Positions 53,732-63,617 of a DNA stretch of 64,000 nucleotides are shown in pieces (position 1 is the stretch's first letter; every line of letters begins with the position of its first letter). Source of the DNA: Chloroflexi bacterium B3_Chlor (GTDB lineage Bacteria > Chloroflexota > Anaerolineae > UBA7937 > B3-Chlor); the NCBI GenBank assembly GCA_005223035.1, contig NJBK01000007.1:24276-88275 (forward strand), in the 5' to 3' direction. The translations under genes were made by a program, and so were the position numbers. Under the pieces are notes generated by a model that saw only the letters and a list, made by a program, of their open reading frames with translations, was not told where the DNA came from and searched no databases.

Positions 53732-55191
53732 CCCTCCATCGGTTGACGATTCACGAAGCCCATGATCTACTTCGTCGCCGCGAGATTTCTTCCGTAGGAC
53801 TTACAGAATCCGTGTTGGCGAAGATGGAGGAGTGCGACCCTGAGGTCAGGGCCTTCATCACAGCCACGCCACAGATAGCCCTGGAGCAGGCCAGGCGGGC
53901 CGATAAGCTTATCGCGGCCGGCGACATCGGGCCTCTTACAGGTATCCCCGTGGCTATCAAGGACAACATCTGTACCAAGGGCGTGCTGACCACCTGTGGG
54001 TCTAGAATACTTGAGGATTTCGTTCCCCCATACGAAGCCACAGTGGTGGAGAGGCTCCGCAAGGAGGGGGTGGTACAGGTAGGCAAGGCCAACATGGACG
54101 AGTTTGCCATGGGTTCCTCTACCGAGTATTCGGCCTTCTTCCCCTCCCATAACCCGTGGGATACCTCCCGCGTTCCCGGTGGCTCGAGCGGTGGCTCAGC
54201 CGCCGCGGTGCTCGCCAACGAAGCGCTATTCGCACTCGGCTCTGACACCGGGGGGTCAGTGCGTCAGCCGGCTGGACTATGTGGCGTGGTAGGAATGAAA
54301 CCCACGTACGGGCGCGTGTCCAGGTATGGCTTGATAGCCTTCGCTTCATCGCTGGATCAGATCGGTCCAATCACCAAAGATGTGACCGATTGCGCCCTGG
54401 TGATGAACGCCATAGCTTTCCACGATCCCCTGGACTCGACCTCGGCCGATGAGCCCACGCCCGACTACACGTCCTATCTGGAGGAGAATCTTGCGGGCGT
54501 GGTGGTGGGCGTACCCATCGAGTACTTCGCAGCTGGGCTGGACCAGGGGGTTGAGGAGCGAGTGAGGGACGCAATCCAGAAGCTGGCCGACCTGGGGGCG
54601 GAGGTTCGGGAAGTCTCCCTTCCGCACGAGCGGTATGTGGTCGCTACTTATTTCCTCACCTCCTGGGCGGAGGCCAGCGCCAACTTGGCACGGTACGATG
54701 GCCTGAAATACGGGCTTTTCGCTCCGGATGCGCGCAACATCCGCGAGGCTCAGAGCAAGGCCAGGGGACGAGGCTTCGGCAGGGAGGTGAAGCGGCGCAT
54801 CATGCTTGGCACCTATGCCTTGAGTTCAGGATACTACGACGCCTATTACCTCAAGGCCCAGAAGGTGCGCACTCTTATCAAGGAGGACTTGGACCGCGCT
54901 TTCGATGCTGGGGTGGATGTGGTGGTCGGCCCTACTTCGCCCATCGTGGCCTTCGGCATCGGGGAGAAGGTAGATGATCCTCTAGAGATGTATCTAGCCG
55001 ACCTATACACAATCCCGGCCAACTTGGCTGGGTTGCCCTGCATCTCCATTCCTTGTGGATTCCATGAGGGGTTGCCTGTGGGGTTGCAGATAATGGGGCG
55101 GCCCTTTGCCGAGAGCATGGTTCTGAGGGTGGCGTACGCCTATGAGCAAGGCACCGATTTCCATCTCCAGCGGCCGCCCATAAGTCTCTGA
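53728..55191 (+). CDS. gatA: Asp/Glu-tRNA(Asn/Gln) amidotransferase subunit A
   Basis: Amidase signature [11 protein letters not shown] and [12 protein letters not shown]. The GTG start overlaps the gatC stop. Confidence 0.95.
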   Translation: MTLHRLTIHEAHDLLRRREISSVGLTESVLAKMEECDPEVRAFITATPQIALEQARRADKLIAAGDIGPLTGIPVAIKDNICTKGVLTTCGSRILEDFVPPYEATVVERLRKEGVVQVGKANMDEFAMGSSTEYSAFFPSHNPWDTSRVPGGSSGGSAAAVLANEALFALGSDTGGSVRQPAGLCGVVGMKPTYGRVSRYGLIAFASSLDQIGPITKDVTDCALVMNAIAFHDPLDSTSADEPTPDYTSYLEENLAGVVVGVPIEYFAAGLDQGVEERVRDAIQKLADLGAEVREVSLPHERYVVATYFLTSWAEASANLARYDGLKYGLFAPDARNIREAQSKARGRGFGREVKRRIMLGTYALSSGYYDAYYLKAQKVRTLIKEDLDRAFDAGVDVVVGPTSPIVAFGIGEKVDDPLEMYLADLYTIPANLAGLPCISIPCGFHEGLPVGLQIMGRPFAESMVLRVAYAYEQGTDFHLQRPPISL

Positions 55192-55215
55192 GTATCTTCC
55201 GCACTCAATGTGGAC

Positions 55216-56208
55216 TCATCGCCGTAGCTCCGTCACGAATATATTGAGTGCCAGGTGGTCTTCCATCTTCCCTGTCTTGACCGCCGCATCTAGCTCCAGC
55301 AAGCGATGATAGATCGCCTCCAATTGACCGACTGAGAAATTGGACGCCTGCCTAGTCATCTTCTCCACCACGAAAGGATGCAGGCCCAAGAGCGACCTTA
55401 TGTCCGCGGCCGATGTGCCCTTCGCCAGCAGATCCTTGATCTGGAGCAGTATTCTGAACTGCCTGGCAATCATGTGGAGAAGGTAGAGGGGGTGTTGTCC
55501 GTCCTCCAGCAGCTTGTGCAGCAGGTTCATCGCCTGCCGGATGTCCCTCTTTCCCAATGCGTCCACCATGTGAAAGATGTTGGCCTCTTGCACGTATGTG
55601 ACTAGGAGTTCCACCTCCCGTTCTGTAATCGGCTTCTCATCACCAACATAGGTCAATAGTTTGCCAATCTCCTGATCCAGTAGGCGGAGATCCTTGCCCA
55701 CGAAAGTGGCGAGCAGGTTGACAGCCCCTGCCTCTATCCGCCCACCTTTCTCCTGTACCCGGTCCGCGATCCAACGATCGAGGGACCTGCCCTTTGGAGG
55801 GGTGAACTTCCGAACGTAGCCGTGCTGGCTATTCGAGGCAAATCTGTGGAGGGGGTTGCGTTCCTTAATCGCTTCTCGCTCAACGAATACCAGCCGGGTG
55901 CTCGCAGGTAATTGGTTCAAGTACTCTTCGAGGCGCTGAAGGAACGCGTTGTCTCGCTCCGACTCTATCCTGGTGCGACCACGCTGAGGCTTGAAGCGTA
56001 CCGCTAGGTCGTTGACGATTACCAGTCGCTTCTCGGCCAGAAAGGGCGCGGTATCGCAGGCGAAGATCAACTCATCCAGGGTGGCCTTCCGCCCGTCGAG
56101 GACAGTGGTGTTTAGATCCACCGTAGTCGGGTCGCCCAACTTAGCTTTCATTTTCGCGAGTTCCAGGGAGCGCGAATACCCATCCTCGCCGTGGAATAGA
56201 TAGAACAT
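55216..56208 (-). CDS. holA: DNA polymerase III subunit delta
   Basis: MFYLFHGED.......L...........L..LDG......EL.....T.PF..E.RLV.V. 330 aa. Confidence 0.85.
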   Translation of the reverse strand: MFYLFHGEDGYSRSLELAKMKAKLGDPTTVDLNTTVLDGRKATLDELIFACDTAPFLAEKRLVIVNDLAVRFKPQRGRTRIESERDNAFLQRLEEYLNQLPASTRLVFVEREAIKERNPLHRFASNSQHGYVRKFTPPKGRSLDRWIADRVQEKGGRIEAGAVNLLATFVGKDLRLLDQEIGKLLTYVGDEKPITEREVELLVTYVQEANIFHMVDALGKRDIRQAMNLLHKLLEDGQHPLYLLHMIARQFRILLQIKDLLAKGTSAADIRSLLGLHPFVVEKMTRQASNFSVGQLEAIYHRLLELDAAVKTGKMEDHLALNIFVTELRR

Positions 56209-56229
56209 GAAGAGCCTTTCCTCGAAGCC

Positions 56230-56730
56230 TTAGCTGGAGCTCTCTAGTTCAACTTTGTGTATGGTGAATCTTCCGACCACTTGTTGGGTGACCTCATTTA
56301 TCCTCAAACCCGCTACATCAGGTGAGGTGGTAACATGCTGTTGAATCAGGAGGCCGAGCGGTTGCGCGACAATCACGGCCAGGGTGGCCGCGAGGATGAA
56401 ACGGGGGAATTTGGCCAGGCGGGACCTCGACCCACCGATAGCCAGGAAAGTTGCCAACCCTGCCAGAAAACCCGATACCACCAGATTAGTACCGCAGCGG
56501 GGATGAATCGCCAACTCGGTCTCGCCAGCCTGGAGACGTGCCAAACCCTCAGCTGCTGTGTCGGCCAGTGCCTTGGTATTCACCCTTCCATAGACATAGA
56601 AGCCGTCCAGAGCGGTGCGGGCCACGGCGTTCAGGTACGGCTGTCTCCGGGCCAGGATGTGCATTGTCGCGTGCTCGAGTGCGTGGTTTCGCCTCAGAGC
56701 AGCTACGAAGGGCATGTCTAGTAGCCCCAT
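56230..56730 (-). CDS. Conserved hypothetical membrane-associated protein with an HxxEH motif
   Basis: LRRNHALEHATMHIL....IHPRCGTN.. plus two hydrophobic segments. ATG 56730 with RBS GGAG. It sits upstream of holA in the same orientation. Confidence 0.55.
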   Translation of the reverse strand: MGLLDMPFVAALRRNHALEHATMHILARRQPYLNAVARTALDGFYVYGRVNTKALADTAAEGLARLQAGETELAIHPRCGTNLVVSGFLAGLATFLAIGGSRSRLAKFPRFILAATLAVIVAQPLGLLIQQHVTTSPDVAGLRINEVTQQVVGRFTIHKVELESSS

Positions 56731-57206
56731 CACAACTCCTTTCGCCGGGCTGTGGCTTCTTCGTAAACTGATTCTATCACATCTCGTGGGTCATTGGAAG
56801 TCCTTGGTATTGCTTCCTCATTGAACAGATGCTGCGCCTATGGTACACTGAGACTAGGTGTAGGGGCTTGGTTGGCTGGATGCGGGGACCTGTCCGCAGT
56901 CGGGCCGGTGCACAATCGACTGCAATAGGCTCAACTGTTCTTCGAGACGAGTCCCGCGGCCTTGACAGGAGCAGCGCTGGCGAGCACCGGAGGTTTGACC
57001 ACTGTCTTCACGCTGCTTGACACTGTGCGGGTGGACGTAGTGACCGCCATGGCCGCTTCTCTGATAGTCCAGCTCAGCGAATAGCCAGGGCACTGTGGCA
57101 GCACCCACCTAGTCAGGAGTTGACGAGGAGTCAAGAGGGTCCATTCACAGGTTTCGAAGGCGCAGGTGGATGGCACTCGCCTCGTTGGGGACAGCATGCG
57201 CTTCGC

Positions 57207-59879
57207 CTAGCGGCTGGCCTCGATCAGATTCTCCAAGTCGCGCCGGATCGCTTCCAACTCGGCGCCGTATCCTGCCCAATCCCCGTCTTGCAGATACTCC
57301 TGTGCTCGTCCGTAATGCTCCAGGGCGGAGAGAGCCAGCTCGTGGACGCCTGCTGCTGCTTCTCCAACGGGCTCCTCTACGGTGACGACCGGGGCGCCAC
57401 CGATGCCGGCCAGCGCCTCCTCGAGGGTATCGGCCATGAGCACACGCTCTCCAGAGGCGACAATCACTCTCTTGAGTTCCGGCATTCGTCCAGTCTCTGC
57501 CTGGAGGTAGAGGGGCTCGACGTAGAGCAGGGAGTTGCCGATGGGGATGACGAGCAGATTGCCCCGGATGACCTGTGATCCCCGCTGGTGCCACAAGGAC
57601 AGTTGGCCGGATATCGTGGGTTCCTGATCTATGCGGGCCTCAATCTGCAAGGGGCCGTAGATTAGCTCCTGCTTGGGGAACTTATACAAGAGCAGTTTGC
57701 CGTAGTGTTGCCCATCGGACCGGGCGGCCATCCACCCCACCATGTTCTGCTTGTTGGTTGGGGTGAAGGGCTGTATCAGTATGAACTCCTCCTCTTCCTC
57801 TCCAGGCAGTTTCATGGTGACATAGTAGGGCTCCAGCATTTGATCGCTGCCGGCGTACATCTCGTGGGCCACCGCCCATTGGTCCTCCTTGTTGTAGAAC
57901 ACGGTGGGGTCTTGCATGTGGTAGGTGTTGTTCATCTGCGCCTGGATGATGAACAACCCCTCTGGATAGCGGACGTGAGCTCTCAGCCCATCCGGCATCT
58001 CCTCCCAGGGAGTGAAAAGGTCGGGGAAGATGGCCGCATAGGTTTGGATCAACGGGTCCTCGTCATCGACCACATAGAAGATCATGTCGCCATTGTGGGC
58101 ATCAATTGCCACCTTGACAGAGTTACGGATGTAGTTGAAACGATCCTGGTAGGGCTGCGAATAGGGGTACGTGTGAGTCGCGGTGTAGGCATCCTGCAGC
58201 CAGATGAGCCGCCCATCAACGATCACAAGATAAGGATCGGCGTCGAAGAGCAAGAAAGGAGCCACCTGGCGCACTCGCTGGTGGATGTTGCGATAGAGCA
58301 TCACGCGGCTCTCCGGCGTGAGATACTCGCTGAGCACGACTGACACATCTCCGAACCGGTAGGCGAAAGCTGCTCTCTTGAGGGGCGAATCGAGCAGCAC
58401 CCCTCCGGTCCCCTGGTAGGTAGTCGTTATGTTCTGGTCCCCGCTGGGATAGTCGAACTCCTCGATGGTGCTGTTCACGAAGACGTAGCCGTCGGTCTTC
58501 TCGCCGTAGTATAACTCCGGACGGGTGATCTCCAGTCCAGGCGCGGTACTGGGAGGGAGGTCCCTGACCAGCAACTCTGGCAATCCCTCGGGAGTCACCT
58601 CGTTGACAGGGCTCATCGCCAGGCCGTAGCCGTGTGTGAACTGGAGATGCTCGTTGACCCAGGTTCTGGACAGCAGTTGGTCTGTGGCCATCTCCCGCGC
58701 CGAGAGGGTGACCTGGCGGTAGGTGCCGTCGAGATAGTAGCGGTCCACGTCAACGTCCACGAACTCGTAGTACAGCCTTATCTCCTGGATTTGAGCATAG
58801 GTGTCGCGCAAGGGTCGGTAGTCCCAGAGCCTGATGTTTCTTATCGTCGGTTCGGCCTCCGCCAATGCCTCCGCGGTCAGGTCTGCGACGGATCCGAAGT
58901 CCAACTCTTGTATCTTGTCGAGTCCGTAAGCGCGCCGTGTGAGATCTATGTTGTACTCGATGTAGGGGCGTTCCTTGATCAGCTCATTGGGTTGAACATC
59001 GAATTGCTGCATCAAAACGGGATAGACCCCACCCAGACCCACAGCAACTACCAGCCACAGCCCGCCCCCGATGGCCAGGATCCAGGGCCTCTTGGCGGCC
59101 ACGCCTCCCAGGAGCAGCAACACGCAGAGAATCACCGTCCAGAACGAGAGGTTGTAAGCGAGGAGGCGCGCGTGGACGTCGGTGTAGCTGGCCCCAAAGG
59201 TCAGGCCTTCCTGCGAGTAGAGCAGTTCGAAGGCGCTCAACTTGTAGCCCCAGGCCAGCACCAACAGGAACAGGGCTCCCAGCGCTGCCAGGTGGAAGGC
59301 GGCTCTGCCAGTGAGCCACAGCTTGAACTGCCTCCAGGTCGCCAGTTGCACCACTAGGTACACTGCTGCGGTGGCTATCAAAGTGAAGAGGAGCACCTCT
59401 GTCAACCAGCCACGCAGAAACCGATAGACCGGGAGGGTGAAGACGTAGAAGGCGACATCCTGAGAGAAGATGGGGTCTAGCACACCGAAGGACCGCTGGT
59501 TGAGATAGCGGAGCATGGTATCCCACTGACCGATGGCTCCCAGTCCGTTCAACACACTCAAGACCAGCGCCGCCACCACCAGCACGAGGTTGAGCGTCCT
59601 TGAGGTTACGTAGTATCGCTGTTCGGGAAGAAAGAAGCCTCCCCAGCCGGAGAGCCTCCTGGCGATGAACAGGTTGGCCGTGAAGAAGGCCAGGAAGATC
59701 AGGCTGAAAGCGAAGAAGACGCCTACTTTGGCCTTTATGGCCGTCCAGAATACCGAGCTCAACCCCAGGCTCTGAAACCAGAGCAGGTCGGTGTAGAATC
59801 CTGAGAGGAGCATGAACAGGACAAAGAGCAGCAAGAACACGCCTATCAGGATCAGCAGTACCCTTCTCACGCTTGCCAT
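57207..59879 (-). CDS. UPF0182-family large membrane protein
   Basis: An N-terminal multi-TM region (..FYTDLLWFQSLG..) is followed by a large soluble domain. ATG 59879 with RBS AGGAGG (8-nt spacer). The track start 59888 is a GTG. Confidence 0.8.
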   Translation of the reverse strand: MASVRRVLLILIGVFLLLFVLFMLLSGFYTDLLWFQSLGLSSVFWTAIKAKVGVFFAFSLIFLAFFTANLFIARRLSGWGGFFLPEQRYYVTSRTLNLVLVVAALVLSVLNGLGAIGQWDTMLRYLNQRSFGVLDPIFSQDVAFYVFTLPVYRFLRGWLTEVLLFTLIATAAVYLVVQLATWRQFKLWLTGRAAFHLAALGALFLLVLAWGYKLSAFELLYSQEGLTFGASYTDVHARLLAYNLSFWTVILCVLLLLGGVAAKRPWILAIGGGLWLVVAVGLGGVYPVLMQQFDVQPNELIKERPYIEYNIDLTRRAYGLDKIQELDFGSVADLTAEALAEAEPTIRNIRLWDYRPLRDTYAQIQEIRLYYEFVDVDVDRYYLDGTYRQVTLSAREMATDQLLSRTWVNEHLQFTHGYGLAMSPVNEVTPEGLPELLVRDLPPSTAPGLEITRPELYYGEKTDGYVFVNSTIEEFDYPSGDQNITTTYQGTGGVLLDSPLKRAAFAYRFGDVSVVLSEYLTPESRVMLYRNIHQRVRQVAPFLLFDADPYLVIVDGRLIWLQDAYTATHTYPYSQPYQDRFNYIRNSVKVAIDAHNGDMIFYVVDDEDPLIQTYAAIFPDLFTPWEEMPDGLRAHVRYPEGLFIIQAQMNNTYHMQDPTVFYNKEDQWAVAHEMYAGSDQMLEPYYVTMKLPGEEEEEFILIQPFTPTNKQNMVGWMAARSDGQHYGKLLLYKFPKQELIYGPLQIEARIDQEPTISGQLSLWHQRGSQVIRGNLLVIPIGNSLLYVEPLYLQAETGRMPELKRVIVASGERVLMADTLEEALAGIGGAPVVTVEEPVGEAAAGVHELALSALEHYGRAQEYLQDGDWAGYGAELEAIRRDLENLIEASR

Positions 59880-60060
59880 AGTTGGCACCTCCTATTCGCT
59901 GCTCTTATTCTAGCGCCTTGGCGCAGCACCCGCAAGCTACTCATATGCCAAGCCTCCCGCGGGTCTCGGAAACCCACGGGAGGCTCTCTACATCGAAGAT
60001 GTGGTGGCGATTGTCTTTCTCCCGCTCAAGATGCGCGGTCTGTGGGTGTTGGAAAGAGAT

Positions 60061-60375
60061 CTAGAACAGATCGTCGTCCAGTCGGGATTGGCCTTTGGGT
60101 CTCGTCCAGATGGTCTTGTAGCGGTCGCAGTCCTGTTCGAAGCACATCTGGCAGGCCTCAGAATCGGGATCGACAACCACTGGCTCCAGGTGGACCTCCA
60201 GGCCGATCTGTTCGTACATCGCCAGCGCCTCGCTCAAGCGGGGCTCCTCCGTGTTGAACTGCCTGGTCCAGCCCCGGGCCAGCAACTCCTCTTCCCCCGT
60301 CATCTGCTTCTCCGCCAACTGCCGCCTCCAGACCGCTGGTCGTGCCGTGTCTGGACAGGGATCTTCGGCGTTCAT
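60061..60375 (-). CDS. Hypothetical 104-aa protein ending in ..LDDDLF
   Basis: Protein-like composition. It starts 3 nt after the GNAT stop. The C-terminal tail resembles that of the 839-aa oxidoreductase. Confidence 0.5.
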   Translation of the reverse strand: MNAEDPCPDTARPAVWRRQLAEKQMTGEEELLARGWTRQFNTEEPRLSEALAMYEQIGLEVHLEPVVVDPDSEACQMCFEQDCDRYKTIWTRPKGQSRLDDDLF

Positions 60376-60378
60376 CTT

Positions 60379-60843
60379 CTAATCCAATTCCAACTTCAGA
60401 TTCAGGGTGTTTGCGGCCACGAAGCCCATGCTGGCGAAGAACCCCAGGAGGTCGGTATCTGTCCAATTGACCAGGGTGTGAACCTTGTTCACACCAGCCT
60501 TCTTGACAGTGGTCTTGAACTCCTCCATCAGATACCCTGCTATGCCTTGCCTCTGATAGTCAGGGTCCACGCCGATGGTGTCAATGGACGCAATGGTCTC
60601 AGGGATGCCGAACTCGCCGAGGTAGACGCTCCCCACGATGAAGCCCGCAACTTGGTTTCCTACTTCCGCAACCAGGGAAGTCACCAGACGGTCAATCTCC
60701 TCATCCAGGACTTCTGCGATTTTTCGCTCGTAGTATTCGGGGCGCCTTTTGCCGAAGACCTTGTGGTCGATCTCGGTCACGGGCTCGAGATCCGAGTCCC
60801 TCATGACTCTGATCTCTACGTCTTCAGCCGCAAGCTTAGCCAT
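60379..60843 (-). CDS. GNAT-family N-acetyltransferase
   Basis: The acetyl-CoA motif A region reads ..IGVDPDYQRQGIAGYLMEEF. Confidence 0.85.
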   Translation of the reverse strand: MAKLAAEDVEIRVMRDSDLEPVTEIDHKVFGKRRPEYYERKIAEVLDEEIDRLVTSLVAEVGNQVAGFIVGSVYLGEFGIPETIASIDTIGVDPDYQRQGIAGYLMEEFKTTVKKAGVNKVHTLVNWTDTDLLGFFASMGFVAANTLNLKLELD

Positions 60844-60936
60844 CTTCTTCCTCCTTGTCTTGAACCAGCTTACCGGGGCCTCCGCTCGTCATATTATACT
60901 CGCCGTTCTGCGGCACGACAACTCAGCGAGACTTTG

Positions 60937-63456
60937 TCAGAAGAGGTCATCCAGTTCGTCCATGCCCCCGCCAGGCAGTTCACCGTATTGATGGAGGTAC
61001 TGTTGCAGCAACTCGCTTTCCCGCTTGGTGTACATTTCATCCTCTTCGAAGATGAAGAGGCAGGCTTCTTCGTTGGCTTCCAGTTCTTCTTCCAACGCCT
61101 CCCTCACGTTCATGACGCCTTTGATGGCGAGCACGTTCTTTTCCGCGTCGAGGAGTTGGTAAACGCCAGCCAGTTCCGGTAGCGTTTCCACAATCTCGCT
61201 GGAGAACTGGAGCCACTTCTCGGGAGGCAGGACGGGACCCTCGATATGAAGGCGATAGTCGCACCTCAGGCAGCGGCTGGCCTCTTGCTGGGCCATCTCC
61301 TCATCGTAGCCCAGGTAAACCTCAGCGAAGCTTGCGTGACGCTCGTCGAGAGTTAGCGAAGGCATCGGAACGCGCGCCCGTTCGGCGAAGCTCTCCTCGC
61401 GCCCCATGAACGGGTCAAACTCCTCCGGCGGGACGAGGGCTTGTTCGATGTCTCCCTCCCCACCAAGGTGCTTATCTACTGAGATGGCGGTCCGCCTACC
61501 CATCTGGATGGCTTCGATCACGGAGGAAGGGCCGCTCACGACTTCACCGCCTGCAAAGACACCTTCTACGTTGGTCTCCAGCGTGTTCTCGTCGGCCTTG
61601 ATGGTTCCGCCGTTTGCCTCAATGCCGCTACCCTCCAGTAAAGAGAGGTCCGGCGCCTGCCCCACAGCCAGGATCACCATGTCGGTGTCTATGGATGTGG
61701 TCTCTGATTCGTCGAACGTGGGGTTGAAGCGGCCCTGCTCATCGAAGACGCGAGTGCAACAGACCAGATCCACTGCCTTCACCTTCCCGTTGTCGCCTAC
61801 GATCCTCTGAGGGCCCCAGGACGGATTGAGGCTCACCCCTTCCTCCAGTGCCTCCTCAATCTCCCACTCCATGGCAGGCATCTCCTCACGGCACTCCAAC
61901 GAGGCGGCTTGAACCTCCTGCGCGCCCAGGCGCAGGGCAGTGAGAGCTACGTCCATGGCTACGCCCCCCCCGCCAATGACCAGTACCTTGTCCTCGACCT
62001 TCACATCCTCGCCTCGCCTAACCTGCCTGAGGAAATCCATGCCCCACAGGACCCCTTCCAGATCCGCGCCCTCCACTGGTATCCTCCCGGCAAGCTGAGT
62101 ACCCACGGCCAGGAAGATGGCATCGTACTCCTCCTGAAGGTCTTCCAGGGAAGGATCTTTGCCGATGGCGGTGTCTGTCTTCAACTCAGCGCCCAAGGAT
62201 CGGAGATCATCGATTTCCTTTTCAAGCACCTCCCTAGGTAGGCGATGTGCCGGGACACCCCAGCGCAACATGCCCCCAGGCTGGGACTCCGCCTCGAACA
62301 CGACAACCGTATGGCCCAGCACAGTGAGGTAGTAGGCTGCCGTCAGACCTGCTGGACCTGAGCCAACAATGGCTACTCGCTTTCCCGTAGGCGGGGCAAG
62401 CTGTAGGTTCTCTTTCCAGAGATCTGTGTCTTCGTCGGCAGCGAACCGTTTCAGACTGCATATCGCCATGGGCTCATTCACCTCTCCACGGCGGCAGACC
62501 TCCTCGCAGGCGCGAAAGCAGATGCGACCCAACACCGCGGGGAAGGGGACCTTCTCTCGGATGACCGCCTCCGCCTCAGCGTACTTGCCGTCGGCGATCA
62601 GTCGGATGTATCTAGGTACATCCACGTTGGCGGGACAGGCTGCGACACAGGGTACCAGAACCTCCTCCTTGTTCGCAGCCGTGACCTCCGCTTTGTCGGT
62701 CAACGCCCCCGTGGGGCACACCTCCACACAGGCGGTGCAGAACTTGCAGGCGGACTCCAGGAGAGTGGGTCCATCTGCACTTCCAATGACTAGTTCCCCA
62801 TCGCGATGGACGAAGCCCATGGCCTCGATACCACGCAGTTCCTGGCAGGCTCGAACACAGCGGGTGCAGCCTATACAAAGATTGTAGTCTCTGACAAACA
62901 GGGGTTCCTGATCCAGAACGGGTATCCCTTGAGGCACGTACTTGGGCAGTCCCTCTGGGAGGCCAACGTAGTCGACTAGCCTCTCCAGTTCGCAGTTGCC
63001 GAGCTGGGGGCAGCATCGTTCCTCTTCGGGAACGTTGGCAGAGCATTGAGTGCGGCTGCAACCCTCCTTTTGGGCACAGGTCAGGCAGGCGTGGGGATGA
63101 TGCTCAAGGTAGGGGAAGAGATTTTTGCGGCGCTGCTTTTCGGTCTCAGGACTGTCGGTGCGCACCGCCATCCCGTCTTCTGCCAACGTGTTGCAGGAGG
63201 TCTTGAATTCATCCATCCCCTGCACCTCCACTATACACAGCCTGCATCCTTCATACTCTTGCCGGTTCTCCGAGAGTATCTTGTCATCCCCTCGATAGAT
63301 GAACTCGTTGGGCTCCAAACCCTTGGATGTGGGGAGGCTGGGATGCGAACACAACGTGGGTATATAGACGTCCACACTTCTGGCAGCATCGAGGATGCTG
63401 GTGCCCTCAGGCACTACGACTTGGATGTCGTTGATAGTAAGCGTTATCTCGCCCAT
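60937..63456 (-). CDS. Multidomain Fe-S flavoprotein: 2Fe-2S ferredoxin/NuoG-like N-terminus, 2x[4Fe-4S], GltD-like FAD/NAD(P)H oxidoreductase, and an extra C-terminal domain
   Basis: MGEITLTINDIQV.VPEGTSILDAA....V.IPTLC; HHPHACLTCAQKEGC; CIGCTRCVRAC...CKFCTACVEVCPTGAL; CPANVDVPRYIRLI..GKY.EA...I....PFP...GRIC...CE..C.R; RVAIVGSGPAGLTAAYYL. RBS AGGAGG. Confidence 0.8.
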   Translation of the reverse strand: MGEITLTINDIQVVVPEGTSILDAARSVDVYIPTLCSHPSLPTSKGLEPNEFIYRGDDKILSENRQEYEGCRLCIVEVQGMDEFKTSCNTLAEDGMAVRTDSPETEKQRRKNLFPYLEHHPHACLTCAQKEGCSRTQCSANVPEEERCCPQLGNCELERLVDYVGLPEGLPKYVPQGIPVLDQEPLFVRDYNLCIGCTRCVRACQELRGIEAMGFVHRDGELVIGSADGPTLLESACKFCTACVEVCPTGALTDKAEVTAANKEEVLVPCVAACPANVDVPRYIRLIADGKYAEAEAVIREKVPFPAVLGRICFRACEEVCRRGEVNEPMAICSLKRFAADEDTDLWKENLQLAPPTGKRVAIVGSGPAGLTAAYYLTVLGHTVVVFEAESQPGGMLRWGVPAHRLPREVLEKEIDDLRSLGAELKTDTAIGKDPSLEDLQEEYDAIFLAVGTQLAGRIPVEGADLEGVLWGMDFLRQVRRGEDVKVEDKVLVIGGGGVAMDVALTALRLGAQEVQAASLECREEMPAMEWEIEEALEEGVSLNPSWGPQRIVGDNGKVKAVDLVCCTRVFDEQGRFNPTFDESETTSIDTDMVILAVGQAPDLSLLEGSGIEANGGTIKADENTLETNVEGVFAGGEVVSGPSSVIEAIQMGRRTAISVDKHLGGEGDIEQALVPPEEFDPFMGREESFAERARVPMPSLTLDERHASFAEVYLGYDEEMAQQEASRCLRCDYRLHIEGPVLPPEKWLQFSSEIVETLPELAGVYQLLDAEKNVLAIKGVMNVREALEEELEANEEACLFIFEEDEMYTKRESELLQQYLHQYGELPGGGMDELDDLF

Positions 63457-63617
63457 CTGAGACCTCCTACTGCGGTCGCCTATTCCACAAAAGAAAAACG
63501 GCCCAACGGCTCTCTCTCAAGGGAGATTCGGCTCATTGGGCAGCAAACAACGCATATTCTCCTTGGAGGAGGAAAGCTCTTCAGTTCGCGTGGAGTGACG
63601 ACTGCGACAACTCTCAC

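Noticed and set aside
56931-57197. 88-aa minus-strand ORF with a Ser/Thr-rich C-terminal half (MAVTTSTRTVSSSVKTVVKPPVLASAAPVKAAGLVSKNS) as a possible small peptide or RiPP precursor
   Set aside because: It has a weak or absent RBS and no modifying enzymes nearby. Composition is consistent with random translation of GC-rich spacer. The region is noted only as an unexplained spacer.
56863-57206. tmRNA-like 5' end (GGGGCUUGGUUGGCUGGAUGCGGGGA resembles GGGGCUGAUUCUGGAUUCGACGGGA) just downstream of the orphan promoter
   Set aside because: Within the next ~400 nt there is no T-arm (GGUUCGAAUCC-type stem-loop) and no complementary 3' acceptor strand (..AAGCCCC-ACCA). No tag-like reading frame ending in a stop is evident on either strand.
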